From Vitrella brassicaformis CCMP3155 (Eukaryota > Protista > Chromerida), in assembly GCA_001179505.1 (NCBI GenBank), contig CDMY01000973.1, positions 1 through 64,000 of the forward strand: a stretch of DNA of 64,000 nucleotides, read 5' to 3'. The translations under genes and the position numbers were made by a program. Of the stretch, positions 1-13,855 are shown one piece after another; the stretch's first letter is position 1, and every line of letters starts with the position of its first letter. The notes beneath the pieces were generated by a model. The model made no database searches. It worked only from the letters and a program-made list of their open reading frames with translations, and was not told where the DNA came from.

Positions 1-348
1 CGTTGTGTGCCTGCCTGCCTGTATGTTGCCGTCGTTCGCAGCGCATTGCATATCCTCCTGTTTGCTGCATCTGCCCTCTGCGTGCTGCGTGTTGCGTGTC
101 CGGGTTGCATGTTAGGGTGCGTGTTTTCATGTTGGACAGACCCACAGGGGACTTGGCCGCCGGGCCGCCTAGGGTGCTCCCTGAAACCGCTGCTGCGTAA
201 AGGCAAATCTTACCCTTAATCACGTTTCCAGTCTTTCGTGCTTTTCGCCTTCTCCCCAACGCTCCCGGCCTTCTTCACTGCTGCCAAAGGCATTCGCAGA
301 AGATCCTCTTCTAAAATCGTTCACCTCCCGCTCGGCTCGTGTGTGACC

Positions 349-894
349 ATGCGTCTCTTGGCTGTTGCGTTGCTGGTGTTGTGGGGGGTCGCCATGGGTC
401 GGCCTGCCGACAAGGGGGTGCCCAGACCCGAGATCACAGAGGAGGGACAACAACCGCGCGAGCTGATGCCTTTCACAAGCTGGTGAGGCGTTGGGAGAAG
501 GGGGAGGGAGGGGAGGCAGAGATAGACACACGCGCTGCCTGCGGGCGTGGCGCTAATGGCCTTCTGTCTGTGTTGCTGTCCTTTATGTGGTGTCGGCGCA
601 GGCGTGCCTATGAGGGATGCTTCTGTGGCTGCCCGGGCTTCGGTGCGCACAAAGCACAGGCAGATCCACACACACCATCAGACTTCACTGCCTGTTTGTC
701 TCTTGTCCATATATCTGTGTGCAGGGATCAAGGCCAACGAGGCCCTCGAGGCTCGGTGCGAGGCCGCAGGCATCTCTCGTGACTCGGTGGAGGCCTACCG
801 TCGGCTACCCCTGCCCGCTGAGTTGGACCAGAACCCCTTTGAACCTCCTCCGGCCGGTGTCAGGAACCCTCTGCCCGACCAGTCAAGACCCTGA
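349..894 (+). CDS. Small secreted protein (~115 aa), unknown function
   Basis: Three exons (349-482, 602-642, 725-894) join in phase through GT-AG introns. Product: signal peptide MRLLAVALLVLWGVAMG, then ...FTSWRAYEGCFCGCPGFGIKANEALEARCEAAGIS...DQSRP*. Confidence 0.6.
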
Positions 895-2137
895 TCGATG
901 CATCACAAAGACACCACTGGCTGGGTGGTCAAGTAGTAGGGAGGGAGGGTGGGGGAGGGGAAAGGAGAGATATGTGCCGGTAGCTGTCCAACGGTCGCGT
1001 GCGTGATTTAGTTGCTTGGTCCGTCCCGTCCACTGGGTGGTGTGCTGTACATAGTGGGAGGGTGACCGTCTGTGAGAACTCTATGCCTGTGCAATGTCTG
1101 TCTTCTATTCGGTGTGTATACCTATCTCTGGTGTGGTGTGTATGTATTTTTCCCCCCTTGCACCGCACAACCATTGAAGGGGTAGGGAGGGAGAGACGCA
1201 TCGTAATCGCTGTCTGCATGGCGTCGCTGTTGTGCATCGGCTCGGCTTGGCTCTGCTCGGTCGCATTCGCACCGTACCCACACACGCGTGGCTGGCTCGG
1301 TGGATGAATGGATGGATGGATGGATGGCTGGATGTGTACAGCTAGCTCTTTTTCAACCCCCCCAGTCCAGTCGTAATGTAATGCGCTATCTCTATCCTGC
1401 GCCGTGCTCCATCTGCTGGTTGACCTTCTTGCTGCTACGCCAGCGTTGACGATCGCGGGGGAAGCGATGGCCATACCCTTCGTCTTTCCCCTCGGTCGGC
1501 GTGGCTGTGCACAGCAGAGAGAAGGCAGCTGCAGCGCTTGACCGACCACGCACAATCGGTCTGTGTCTTGCCTACCTGTCTGTATGTATGTTTGGCTGGT
1601 GGGGGAGGGGGAATGCCCGAAAGGGTGGAAACGTGTGAATGCCTGTAAACAAACATCACCGGTCCTGCCTTGCTGCCTGCGTGTCTGGCTGCGTGCCTGC
1701 GTGCGTACTGAGAGCAAATGGATCCGATCCATGCGTGTGAATGCTGTGGTATCGTGAGTGTACACCCTGCGGACATGTGGGTCATCTGCCCCTCATGAGA
1801 CCCCCCTTGTCATTGATTGGGCCGTCTCCGAGAAGGGCGGATGGTTCAACTCATGGCAGTGGGGCTTCGACTGAGAGCAGATGGCAGGCTGTCCAGTGGG
1901 AGGCAGACTGGCTGCCTGGCTGGCTGGCTGGCTGGCTGAATTGTCGCGCTGTGTCGTCTGTCGAATGGACAGCTGATGGACCGAACCAACGTCTGTATGT
2001 GTGTATGATGCACACGGGTCAATGAACCGCTGTACGTATGTATCTTTCGCGCGTCATCTCAACCGACCGTGCAAACCACCCAGCCATACCGCCCTTGCCT
2101 TGCCACAACACGCACTCAGACACACCCACCCCCTCAC

Positions 2138-5100
2138 TCAAACCCGCACCGTCAGCCCGTTCTCCGCCTCACGCACAATGTCCGCCTCCTCAGTGGTGGT
2201 GATGTCGCTGCTTTGCTGGTCGGCCGCCGAGGAACTCGGCTGCTGCTCGAGTGCATGGGCAACGAAAGCATATGGGGGTGGGGGCGGGGGGTGTGGGGGA
2301 GGAGGGCAGTGCGGCAGGGCCATCTCCAGCTGCTGGTGGTGGTGCTGCTGGTGGCTCGGAATATCGACTGGGGGGACGATGGTCTTGTTGCCGTAGTCTG
2401 ATGGATGGACACATGGATGGATGGATGTATGGGGGCTGAACAGACAGACCGTGTGTGTGTGTGTGTGTGTGTGAGAAACAGTACCGTCGATGGTGATGAG
2501 ATGCTGGCACCCCAGGTCCCTGATCTGGAATCCAGCCGCCAACACAAAGTCCTCCTACAGAGACACAGAAAAGAAAGGAGCAAAAGAGGAAAGACAGCAG
2601 CTCCTCACAGTGAGTGATCCGTGCTGCTTTGTACCCGCCATTCGGGGAGGAACTCGGGGATGTCCTTGCCCAGGCTGACCGGCACTGCAGGGCGAGAGAG
2701 AGACACAACAAGGAGACTTCTGAATCTCGTAAGCAAGCGCTTCCCAATGCCGTGGTGCTGCCTGACGTTTGAGAGCCTCTCTGAATCGCTCGAGTGCTTT
2801 GTCTAGTCTGATGCCTCGGTAGTAGTTGGGGACGGCCAGGCCGTTCAGCGGCTGCAGGATGAAGTTCTCCTACAGTTGCAATGGAAAGGCGCGCACACTT
2901 TACAAACATGGATGAACGCCCCTTTGTCTCCCTGACGCCCTCACGCACCGGGGTGTTGTCGATGATGAGTGTGCGGCTCAGCGAACGGCCCAGCCGACTC
3001 AGATCCTGATTGGCAGGCAGGCATATCGAGATGAGTCAAAGAGGCCGACAGACAGGGAGAGGTCGAAGATTCACCTTGAGGTGGATGCCGCCCCAGGGGA
3101 CTCCGTGGTGACGATACAGACGCGTGCCAATCTGCAAGCGAAGGGAGCCAGGGACACTCATGTCATGCTCGGAGGGGTGCATTGAATGCCTACACACCTT
3201 GCCGTCAGGGTCGATCTTGTCGAACACGAGATCAGCATAGTCCTGACAGCAAGCAACACATGGCCCGATGTATCGTTGCTCGTCTGCTCAATGAATGCAT
3301 TGATTGACCGACCGGCGTGGCGGAAGTCCAGCCGACCAGCTCGTAGAGCTGCGACATCTCCTCCAGGAAATCCTTCAGACCGGGACGCTCAGCGAACGGC
3401 ACACCCACATCGTCATCCGTCACCTCCTGACACACACACACACACACACGCATATCTTGCCGCAAGGAGGAAGCACGGGTCGCTTTGTGTCTCACGTCGA
3501 AGTAGCAGTGCCCGAGGCACTCGTCAAGGTCCAGCACCATCGTGTACCGATCCGCTGCAAAGCAAGGGACGGACGAAGCTGATAGGTGCCTGCGGTGAAG
3601 TTTCTGGCTTACGGTTGGCGAGCGGTGGGAGGAGAGGCTCGTCAGTGAGGTCGCCAAATGTGGGCGAGCCCGGCCAGAAATACAGCAGCGGGCCTGACAC
3701 ACACACACACACACACACACATGCCCACTGACATGAAGAGGGCGGCCGCGTATGCCATGCTGCTCGTCCTCTGCCCCACCGCCTTTGGTGCCGAGAAGGC
3801 TGGCGCCGTATCTGTGGAAAGGGTCCCTCCCGATGGCCTTCCTCGCCCACCTGGGGTCATCCGAGCTCCAACAGCGTTTGCTCCGCGCCTGCAGACAGAC
3901 AAGACATGCACCACACACACGAATGACATCATGATGCGATGCTCTTTGGCAGAGCCCTGTCGCGTGTGTTGTGTGGTGTCTGACCGCTTCCTCCTCCGTG
4001 TGGACGATGATTGGCGTGAAGTTGAGCCAAGGCATGATCTCGCTGCGCAGGTGGGCGATGGGCAAGTGGTAGAAGGCCTCGAGAGACTCCCAATGCAGCA
4101 GAGGCTCTGCGAGACAGACAGACAGACCGACAGACAGACAGCACAGCGATACGAGATGAGACACGTGTGTGTGCATCGATGTGTGTGGAGTGGACCGACC
4201 GATGGCGGTGAGTGTGTTTGGTTCGGCCGCTTCGGAGAGCGTCAGGAGCGGGCTGTACGCGTACACGTTGGGGCCGCAACCATCCACAGGAGCCCGGTGG
4301 CTCGCCAGCAATCTAACAGCGCACAGCAGCGCCATGCCAATATTTCGGCTTTCTTTGTCTCCTACACATATATACCTTGCGAGTGCTCTGATCTCCTGGA
4401 ACATGGCGAAGACGTTGGCCTTGAGATACGCCAAACGTGTCGCTGCATCGTAGCGCCTGGACAACGAACGAAAAGACGGACACACCACCCCCTCGCCGCT
4501 TAGGCTTCCTGGGGTGTTACTTGAGTCTGTTGCTGCCTTCGAGGATGCCCAGGTCCAACGCACCCACACCAGTGCCACCAGCCTGGAGAGAATGGGAGAA
4601 CGGATGAATGGCTGCATACGGTGCTCCTGCGCCGCGTTACCACGTCCGTGGGCGGGTCAGGGAACACAAAATTCGTCTTCAAGTGAGTCAGACCGCCAGC
4701 CTGAGAGACACAACAGAGCATCTATGTGCATGTTTCCCCTCCCTCCCTCCCTCCCCTCCTCCCTGCCCTGACCACATCGCATCTGAGCACCTCCCGGTTC
4801 CACCGTCTGGCCTTGGGCGCCTCCCCCTCCATCAGCCGGTGGCCCTCAAACAAGGGTGCATCGACCTCCGTGCCGATGCGTGCGATGAAGTCCTGCTGCT
4901 GCTCGGGGTAGGGCTTGGTCTGGTACGTGTACATGGCCGCTGCAAAGCGGTCCAGCAGCTGGGTGCGGGAGACACGTTCATCGTTCTCCGACCACCAGAG
5001 GTCCACCAAAGCGTCCTGTGGGTCACACACACAGCGCAGCAGACACAGGGTGTCACATTTTTGCCGCGTGTAGTATATATACATTGACATGGGCACCAGT

Positions 5101-6984
5101 GTGAGGGTGATGTTGTGGTGGCACTTGTGGTAGAGCAGCGAGAGGTATTTGGCCAGTATGGGGTACAGGGCGGCCGACAGATGACCCGAGTAGATGCCAC
5201 ACACGTGACTGCCCACGCCTGACACGCACACAGCGTGACAACAACACATAGGTGCCTGCTCTGTCTGGGGGCCAGACAAACCACGCACCTAGAGTGATGA
5301 GCTCCATGACAAATGCGAGATGCAGTGTGTAGCGAAACTCACAGGGCAGAGACAGCGACTGAACACAATACAACACACAAGGAAAGGGGCCCGTCCACCG
5401 TGTCCCATGACGTGAGTGTCTTCATTGCTCACTGACCAAGACTTTGTCATGCAGCAGCCACGCGCCGCATCCCCAGTACTCCCGGTTGTAGAAGGAGATC
5501 TCAGCCGTGAGGGTCTGGTACTGCTGACCCGTACACATCATCAGCAAATGAGACCACACCTGGCCAAACACACGGGAATACACGCACAGACACGTATCTG
5601 TACAGCTCAGCAACAGACAATATTCCTTGTCCCTTCTTACGTCGCTGAGCTTGTAGAGCACGGCTTCGCTCAGCCCAGCCCTCTGAATCACTTTGAACAG
5701 CGTCTCCCCGCCCAGCCCGCCACCAGCCCGGCCCCTCCCCTCCCTCTCAGCACACACAGAGGAAGAGCTCTCCCCAAGAGGCGGCACGGGGGGTGCCGGA
5801 CCAGCGAAATACGACACAGCGGGAGCCGCCACTGTGACCCGCGTACCGTCTCTCTTCCTCTCCGTTGTCAGCCCCAGGCTCAGTGCGCTCTTGTGTCTCC
5901 TCTGATCGTTGCCCACCACTAGGCTGGCCCCTGACCTCGCGGGAGGGCTGGGCAGGCGTGCCCGGGGGGGCGAGGGGCTCTTGGCTGCAGGAGGGTCAGA
6001 TCTGGCCGATAGGGAGGTTCCGCGACGAGCGGGCGGCGAGGGAGTGAGACTGCGGCGGGGCTGGGCACCTGGCTCCTCCTGGACAGGAGCCTTCCTGCTG
6101 CTGCTGGTGGAGGGCGGCACTCGAGCCAACACAGACGACGACCTTCCACCCGACGTGTTGCCTTCGGGGCGGACAAAGCCTCTGCGCGGGACGGGGGATC
6201 TCGGCCGTGCATCCATCTTGGGGGAGGCCTTCGCCGGGGATGGTACCCTTCTGTCTTGCGCCGCCACAGGTCGATATGCCGTCATGGGCGTCTGCAGCGC
6301 CATCAGCTGCCTGAATGGCGAAGATGGTCGAGGGTCCTGCGCGGCCCGTGCTCCCCTCCCTGCCCCTCCCCCCGCCCTTCCAATGGGTGGTGCCTTGTCA
6401 CTCCCTGCAGCATCTGGCCGACCAGGAAGCCGCAATGACCCAGGCTTAGGCAGCACACTCTGCAGCAGCCGCGGGTCGGCTCCAGCACGGCTTTTCAACC
6501 GCCGGCCAGGGGACGTCTCACGCCGGTACTGGGTGGCATTGTGAGGGGCGGCGAATGGCCGCGTGGTCACCTCACGGAAGCGATTGGACGAGGGGGAGTG
6601 GGGAGACGGGAAGCGAGCACCGCCGCGACGGACAGGGCTCTGCGGACATGCCGGTGGGGCTGCGATGTTCTTGGCAGCTGAGGCCGCTGCTGCTCGGGCC
6701 TTGGTGCTGCTTGAGTGGGCCTTGTTGTTGTTGGCAAAAGCCTCCAGCGATAGGTTGGGCCGATTGCGGCTGCCCGGCTGAACCTCCCTCTGCCTCGCCG
6801 GAGGGCTCAGAGGACGACCAGGGCCTGGGGCCTTGGCATTTGGGCCTCTTCTGGTGTTGTTGAAGGGGCTGAGAGGGCGGCGGTGCGATTGAGGGGACAC
6901 GGGGCGGCGGTGCATGACGGGAGAGGATGCCCTTGGTGCAGCTGTGACGGCTTTGGGGGCGGGTGAATGCTGACTCCCAGACAT
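2138..6984 (-). CDS. NIF/FCP1-SCP-family HAD phosphatase with long Pro/Ser/Arg-rich N-terminus (multi-exon)
   Basis: Exons encode YTMVLDLDECL, ERPGLKDFLEEMSQLYELVGWTSAT, YADLVFDKIDP, DLSRLGRSLSRTLIIDN and ENFILQPLNGLAV, the hallmark blocks of CTD small phosphatase domains. The first exon is the long low-complexity ORF starting MSGSQHSP at 6984. Exon boundaries are only partly resolved. Confidence 0.8.
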
Positions 6985-7327
6985 CGTGTAATATGTGGAA
7001 GAGGGCTGCAAGAGGATGATGCCGCCGACGTGTAGAGCTAGGCGTGCATGCCTGGCAGACCGGCAGCTGGTGTCGACTGAGCCAGAAAGTGGGACACCAA
7101 GCGAACAGTGAGAGCAACTCTCGTCGTCCAGCTATGTCACTGCAAATGGACAATCGATCGCCGCTGGCGTCCACTGCTCCTCTTCATACACAGCTCTGCG
7201 TCAAGAAAAAGGAAAAAAGACAACGGCCGTTGGATCGCAGTGTGTTTTACGCAGGGACGGCTCCGATGAGAAGCCGATGCCTTTCCTGATGATATATGAC
7301 ATGGCCACGCCCTTGTGAGCTCTTCAC

Positions 7328-8799
7328 ATGGATGAGATTCGTTGCAAGAGGAGCATGCCGCATCCAGCCGCGCCTCGCTCGAGGCTTCTGCCGCCGGAAG
7401 ACGCGAAGACAGGTGGGAATGCATCACACTGCATCCGCACAGCATGCATGGGCAACGCCTTGACCACTGCAATGCTCTTTCTCCATCGCATCACTGCAGA
7501 CAACGCCGAGGGCGATGCAGCCATGCACGATGACACGTTCGCAATGCCCGACGTGCCTGAGGAGTATCGGCGTGAGCCACTCGCCCCGCCAGGCAGTCGC
7601 ATAGTCATTCCGTCGGCCACGCTCGCCACACAGCCGGATGAGAGCGGTCATCCGTGGCCGCAGCGATGGCTGGGCGGTGCCCTGTCGTCCATTCTGACGG
7701 TGGATCAGAAGTTTCGCTTTATGAGCCGTGCGCTGGACATGCTGAATGGCGGGGAGAGGGAGTCGCTGGGCGGGGACTTTGACGAGCTGTATCTGGACTA
7801 CGGCCTGGCAGGGCAGTCTGACGCTGCCAAGAAGGAGGAGATCAGCGCTCTGTTCAGGGGCGTGATGGACGCCTACGTGGCCAACATGACGGCGAGCCAT
7901 GACCCCAACGGAACTGGGCGAGGTGCGATGCATGCGCAGATGGATGATGCAACATGACATCCTGACTTACTTGCCTCTGCCCTGTGTGTGTTGATATCAG
8001 AGAGCCGCAAGTCCACTGAGAGTCTTGACGGGCTGACCGCCGAGCACTTGCGTCCTCCCCGCCCTGCACTTCCACTCATTACGATGGGCCGGCCGCCCAG
8101 CCGCTCGCCCGACTTCGTGCCCGCCCCGTCCCCCTCCACCTCGCCCCCCTACCAATACGATGCCGGTCGGCGTTCGGTGTCGCCGGCTGTCGCACAGGCG
8201 CAGGGAGAAGGGGAGGATAGCCCGGAGGATGACTATGCCAACGGAGATCAATCGCCGGTACGCAGGGATGGATGGACTCTTCTTTCACCATCTCCTCCTT
8301 GGCTTTGTCTATTTCGTTCTGTCTGCAGCCGCCCAACCGTCGCACCCCGAGATGGAGCATCAGCCCCAACCCCCCCCCACACGCCGCGTCTTCGCGCCTG
8401 TCCGCCTCTCCCGGCGAGGGCACATACTTCGGCGCACACACACCCGGCAACTCGCCCCCGGCATTCGCCAGCCTCACACAGCCCGAGAAAGACGAATATG
8501 ATGACCAGGACGACCAGCAGATGGATGACGGGGACAGCCAGGAGATGGAAATGGACGTGGACCAGCAGGGTCATGGGGAGCCCCTGAGCGGCACCCCGAC
8601 GCAGAAGCATGACAGTTTCTTCAATGACGACGAGGACCTGTTTGGCGACTGGGGCGACAACCAGACTGGGGGCAGCCCATCGACGGGGGCGGCTGCTGCT
8701 GCAGCAGTGGGTGCGGCGGTTGCGGGTGCCGGTGCAGACCTGGTAGTGCCTGTGGAGGTGTTGTTGCAGAGGAGGGACAAGCGGATCACCGTTGGATGA
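7328..8799 (+). CDS. Hypothetical protein, helical N-terminal region plus acidic/Pro-rich disordered C-terminus
   Basis: Coding-like exons (LSSILTVDQKFRFMSRALDMLNGGERES...; DEYDDQDDQQMDDGDSQEMEMD...KRITVG*) separated by apparent GT-AG introns. Divergent from the phosphatase gene. Confidence 0.6.
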
Positions 8800-9185
8800 T
8801 CGGACGGACGGATGGACAGATGGATGGCTGGTGCGGGTGTTGAGAGGTGGATCGGATCGATGTGTGTGTGGGTGAATGTGTGGATGTGTGTGTATAGATG
8901 GGGTGGGCTGCTGTCTGTGGTGGGATGGGCCGAGACGGACGAGACAGGGGTGCACGAGAGAGACCCCAAGCGCTGCCTGCACACATGACGTGACCGATGA
9001 TTCGTTCCATTCGATGTATGTATCCATGTACAGCAAACCCGCGAATGAATGCATTCGTCCGTCCATTCGCACAGGGTCACGAATCGCCTCAATCAATGCA
9101 CCATCTAGTCATCCATCACCTGTGTGAGAGTAGGATAGTACCAAACCTCACTTGAAAGCTTGAAAGCTCCGGCCACCACCCCCCC

Positions 9186-9485
9186 NNNNNNNNNNNNNNN
9201 NNNNNNNNNNNNNNNNNNNNNNNNNNNNNNNNNNNNNNNNNNNNNNNNNNNNNNNNNNNNNNNNNNNNNNNNNNNNNNNNNNNNNNNNNNNNNNNNNNNN
9301 NNNNNNNNNNNNNNNNNNNNNNNNNNNNNNNNNNNNNNNNNNNNNNNNNNNNNNNNNNNNNNNNNNNNNNNNNNNNNNNNNNNNNNNNNNNNNNNNNNNN
9401 NNNNNNNNNNNNNNNNNNNNNNNNNNNNNNNNNNNNNNNNNNNNNNNNNNNNNNNNNNNNNNNNNNNNNNNNNNNNNNNNNNNNN
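9186..9485. other. Assembly gap (300 N)
   Basis: Run of N preceded by a poly-C tract. Confidence 0.99.
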
Positions 9486-12400
9486 CACCCCAGCCCTCCC
9501 TCCCTCCCCTGCACGCATTCGATCGCACATGGATGTGATGACATCGTGTGTGATGGCACGGCTCCTTTGGAGGGACCACAGCTGCGCGAAAAAACACAAC
9601 CAACCAAACCAATCAGCACCACACATACATGACATGAACAAACACACATACATGAAGACGTCAAGACACGCACACACATCTCGTGAGTGACACGTATGCT
9701 CCTTCCTGCCTCCTGTGCTGCGATCCCTCCATCCATCCATCCATTTGCGATCCATCCATCTGTCAGGGCCCTCTGCGCATGTGTAATGGGCTCAAAAATT
9801 GCTGACTCGACTGACTGACTCCCTCGCTCCCCTTGCGTGCCGTGGCCCCCCAATGCGTCCGCGTGTGCATGTGCCTGTGCATGTGTGTGCACACAACAGC
9901 CAGCCAGCCGTGCTCATAGAAACGTTCATCCATCGTCTGTCGGGTGGGTGGGCGAGGGGGGAGGGTCATCCATGCATTGAAAGCCGTGGGCCTCGCCCAC
10001 ACATACACATACGCATACATGTATATACGTATATACGGATGCACCTAAGTGCGTATGTATGCTACAGATCGAAGAAGTCAGTAGATAGAAAGTAGACCAA
10101 AGCCCACAGAGAAGAGAAGCAAGCAAGGGGAGTGCGATCAGACAGACAGGCAGACAGGCAGACAGATAGGCAGACAGATAGGCAGACAGATAGGCAGACA
10201 GGCAGACAGTCAGACAGACAGACAGACCCTTGAAAGTGGCGTCAGTCAACGTGCCCTGGTTGGGTCATGTTGTTGTATACAAGCGTCCCCCACCCCCCTC
10301 CCCTGTCAGCCCCCCAATCCGGCCACGCGCCAGCCGAACATGGGTCAAAGCAATGCAAAAGTGAGGTAGGCAGGCAGGCAGGGAGGCAGCAAAAGGAAGT
10401 GAGAGCGAGAGGGATCACGACACGACTAAAGCGACACACGGTGACGGCAAGAGTGGGCGGGCGACAAGGGGCGACAAGGGCTGGATTGTGTGTGTGAGAT
10501 GAAGGTGAAAGTGACGGTATATACGGAAAAAGTTGAAAAGGGCCGGCAGGTAAATCGGGGATACATAACAAACACCACCACCAACACGGAGACACACATA
10601 GACGCACTCACCGACACATCCACCCACACACACGCACGCACACATCCATTAGGAGACACACACAAGTACTCAACACCTCGCCGGACACACACACACATAC
10701 ACACACACTCACTCTCACGTGCGCACACACATCAGGAAGGAATAAGGGATATAAACGGGCGCCTACACCACTACATTATGTATGATGTAAACATACAAAT
10801 ATCCCCTTTCTCCCTCCCCTCCCCTCCCCCCGTCCCTCCCCCTTTGCAATGGATGCGCAAAAGAGTACAAGACTAGCTACAAGCCTCCACCCCTCCCTCC
10901 CTCCCATTCCTCTCTGTCAGTCAGCGAGCGAGCGAGCAGACCTGAAAAAACCAAATACACGCCCGCCACTTACTCAGTGTACATCATGCAGACACATGAG
11001 GAGGAAGTCCCTCCGGAAGTCCGTCCGTCCGTCCGTCCGATGATGTGCGTGCATGTATGCAGCCATCCATGTATCAATCCATCTTAATGTATCATCCACC
11101 GTCAATTATTCGCCAGGGCCCAGCCTGTTGAGCGAACCCGAAGCGATACACACCACACCACACCACAGAAGCAGGTAAGCGGGAGCGCTTAAAACACATG
11201 GGCCGGTTGTCTTGTCACTCTCTCTTATATCGTTGGGCACGCTCCCTGTCGTTTCTCTCTCTTGAAAGCAGCGACACACCCACACACATCCATCCATCCA
11301 TCCACGCATCCATCCATCCGTCAGATCGATGCTCCCCGGCAATCGAAGAGATCACACCAACCAACCCTTCCCACGGTGCGCATCTGCGCGGAGAGTTCAC
11401 GAGCCCACCGCAAATACGGTGCACCACGAACAATCGCACACGCAGGTGAGCAGCTTGGGAAGGATCGGGTGATCGACCTCATTCATCCATCCATCCATGC
11501 ATCCATCTGTCTCCGCACAGACAGTAAGTAGACAGAGAGACAGACGGACAGGCAGCCATAATGTCCTTTCGCACTGATGGGATGCCTTGTCATGGCCTTA
11601 CGAATCCGCTTTGCAAGGCATGATGTCCATGTGAAGGCGAGTCCCACACAAACATTGTGCCACGGCAAGCGTATCGGAAACAGCCATGACAAGACAAACC
11701 ACACACACGGGCGCAGCGCAGCCAGCCATGCATTCCGCCTTGCTGACAAAGACTCGTACGCATGGAGGGCTGGGTTGGTTCTCATCTCATCAGCGATAGC
11801 TAGGTACGGTCGGCAGATTCATGCATCACGCACACACACAAACACACATGCTCACAGGGACGAGAGAGAGAGAGAGAGAGAGAGAGCCCGCAAAACCTCA
11901 CACCTAATTGGGGGAGGAGGGCCAGGGCCAGCCATGCAATCCAGATCCGTTGGGATACGGTGGGTGTCAGTCACTGTGTGTCCGTCATTTCATTGTGTGT
12001 GCCCCATACACACATACAGTAGCGCTATGTGCTATGCTGTCGCCAAGTCAACACGCGAAAAACCATGAGATCGCAAAGAGAGAACATTCTCTTTCCTTCT
12101 TGTTTGTCCCGTCTGTGTGCCCCCCTGCGCGCCCGGCTAAAAGCCTCCGCTTTCGCACAGAAGAGCACTCAGCCCGGGTATGGTGTGCGTCACGCCAAAA
12201 CCGAAAAACAAATGCAATGCGTCTTGATGTTTGCTTCTTGGCTCCATTCTACGGCTACCTGTCTGTCTGGCGTCTGTCTGTCTGTCTGTATGTATGCCAT
12301 ATGTACGTTGTGACGATGCATTTCGTCACATGGACAGCGATATGAACCAACCGTACAGAGAAAGAGCCCCACAGACAGACAGACAGACAGAGAACCAGAC

Positions 12401-12790
12401 GTAGACAGACGGCCAGACAGTAAGCTGTGGGCAGGTAATGATGAGTGGGTTGCGGGCGACACGCACGCACGCAGGCAATACATTTCCGCGTTCATGGATC
12501 CGTCCCATTGTCCCTCGAGTACAGACAGACGGGAAACGGCTCGACACACACCACACCACACACACGAAGGAAGGCAGGCATACACACACACACAGAAAGG
12601 CACGAAACAGGACAAAAAACCATCCATTCGCCATCCACCCATCCATCCACACATGCATTTCGTCATCAGTCAGTCACATCAAACCCACCCACCAAACCCA
12701 AAAAAGCCCACACCCATCCATCCGTGGTACGGTACGTGTCTGTCGTGTCGGTATCCATCCCCCGCTCCCTCCCTCCCCGCCGTCGCCCAG

Positions 12791-13700
12791 TCAGCACAGG
12801 TGCCTGATCCCCTCCACCTCCCTCACCCCACCCCACATCCCCCACTCGTCCCCCTTCTTGTCGTCGATGGACACAGACGGGCTGTGCAGCGACGCACACG
12901 TGCTCATGGACATGCACGAGGCCGTGCTCATCGACCGCAGGGGCTCGTGGCAGCTGGTCGCCAGGCGCGAGAAGTGGTCGGTGTCCTCATCCTTGCCAGT
13001 GCTGCCGGCGTCATAGTTCTTGTCGGGGACGGCCATGACCGTCTCTGGGAGTGTGTCTGTGCGCATGAGCGGGAGGGGGGATGGCAGGGGGGCGGGACTG
13101 CCGATGGCTGTCGTGGTGGTGTTGAGGGTGAGGTGCGTCAGAGTGGTGGACCGGCGTTTGAGAATAGACGACTGTGAGGGGTGACCGAGCCTGCACACAA
13201 GAACAGCAGCACAAAGGATCTCTCTCTCTCCCTCTCTCCCTCCTGAGTGTGCGTGCGTCTCCGCGTGACGTGTCTATGTCATACTTAGGCATGTCGTCGC
13301 AGCTTCGCCATCGCACAGGCTGCACCACAGACACCAACACACGACCAAAACACATTCTACAGACGGCCGCCACCCCTCCTTCCCCACCCCACAATGCGTG
13401 TGTGGCTTACAGTGAGTGCGGAGGACGCTTCCGTGAGCAGTCTCAGCTGCGGGTCACCACACGGGCTCCCATCAGCGCAGTCCCACGGGCTTGTGTCGGT
13501 CGGGCCGTTACACACAGACAGCATGATTCCTGACCCTGTTTCTCGCTGGATCTCCTTCACAGAGCTGGAGGGCGCTTCCCAGAGGCGCTGAAAGGAGGGG
13601 GGAGCGGCCGGAAAAGTCGACAGAGGGAGGGGAGGGAGAGGCGGTGAGATGAACGGTTGGGACTTGGAGCGCGGCGGTGGCCTGGGGAGTGTTGGTTGCT
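12791..13700 (-). CDS. Hypothetical Ser/Thr/Pro-rich protein; 5' end uncertain
   Basis: Two introns join in consistent phase: ...EASSALT|PVRWRSCDDMPK|LGHPSQSSILKRRSTT...SVSIDDKKGDEW. No recognisable domain. Confidence 0.35.
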
Positions 13701-13855
13701 CACGCACGCAGGGCTGTCCTGCTGCTGTTCTCCGGGAGAGCACAGAAAATGCTTCGACTCGAGAATGCCGGAAATAGTGTGAGTGCTTATTATTCAGCCG
13801 CCGCGGAGCGTCATGGGAAGGAAACCGCTGTAAGACATAGTGCAGCGGCATACAA

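Noticed and set aside
9105-9892. Long ORFs spanning N runs (also 57445-58240, 58820-59622 and 60303-61293)
   Set aside because: Artefacts of X translation through gaps and microsatellites.
10250-12300. Scattered exon-like segments, e.g. 11325-11445 bounded by cag/gtgag
   Set aside because: No phase-consistent or recognisable protein could be assembled; could be UTR or lncRNA, but unsupported.
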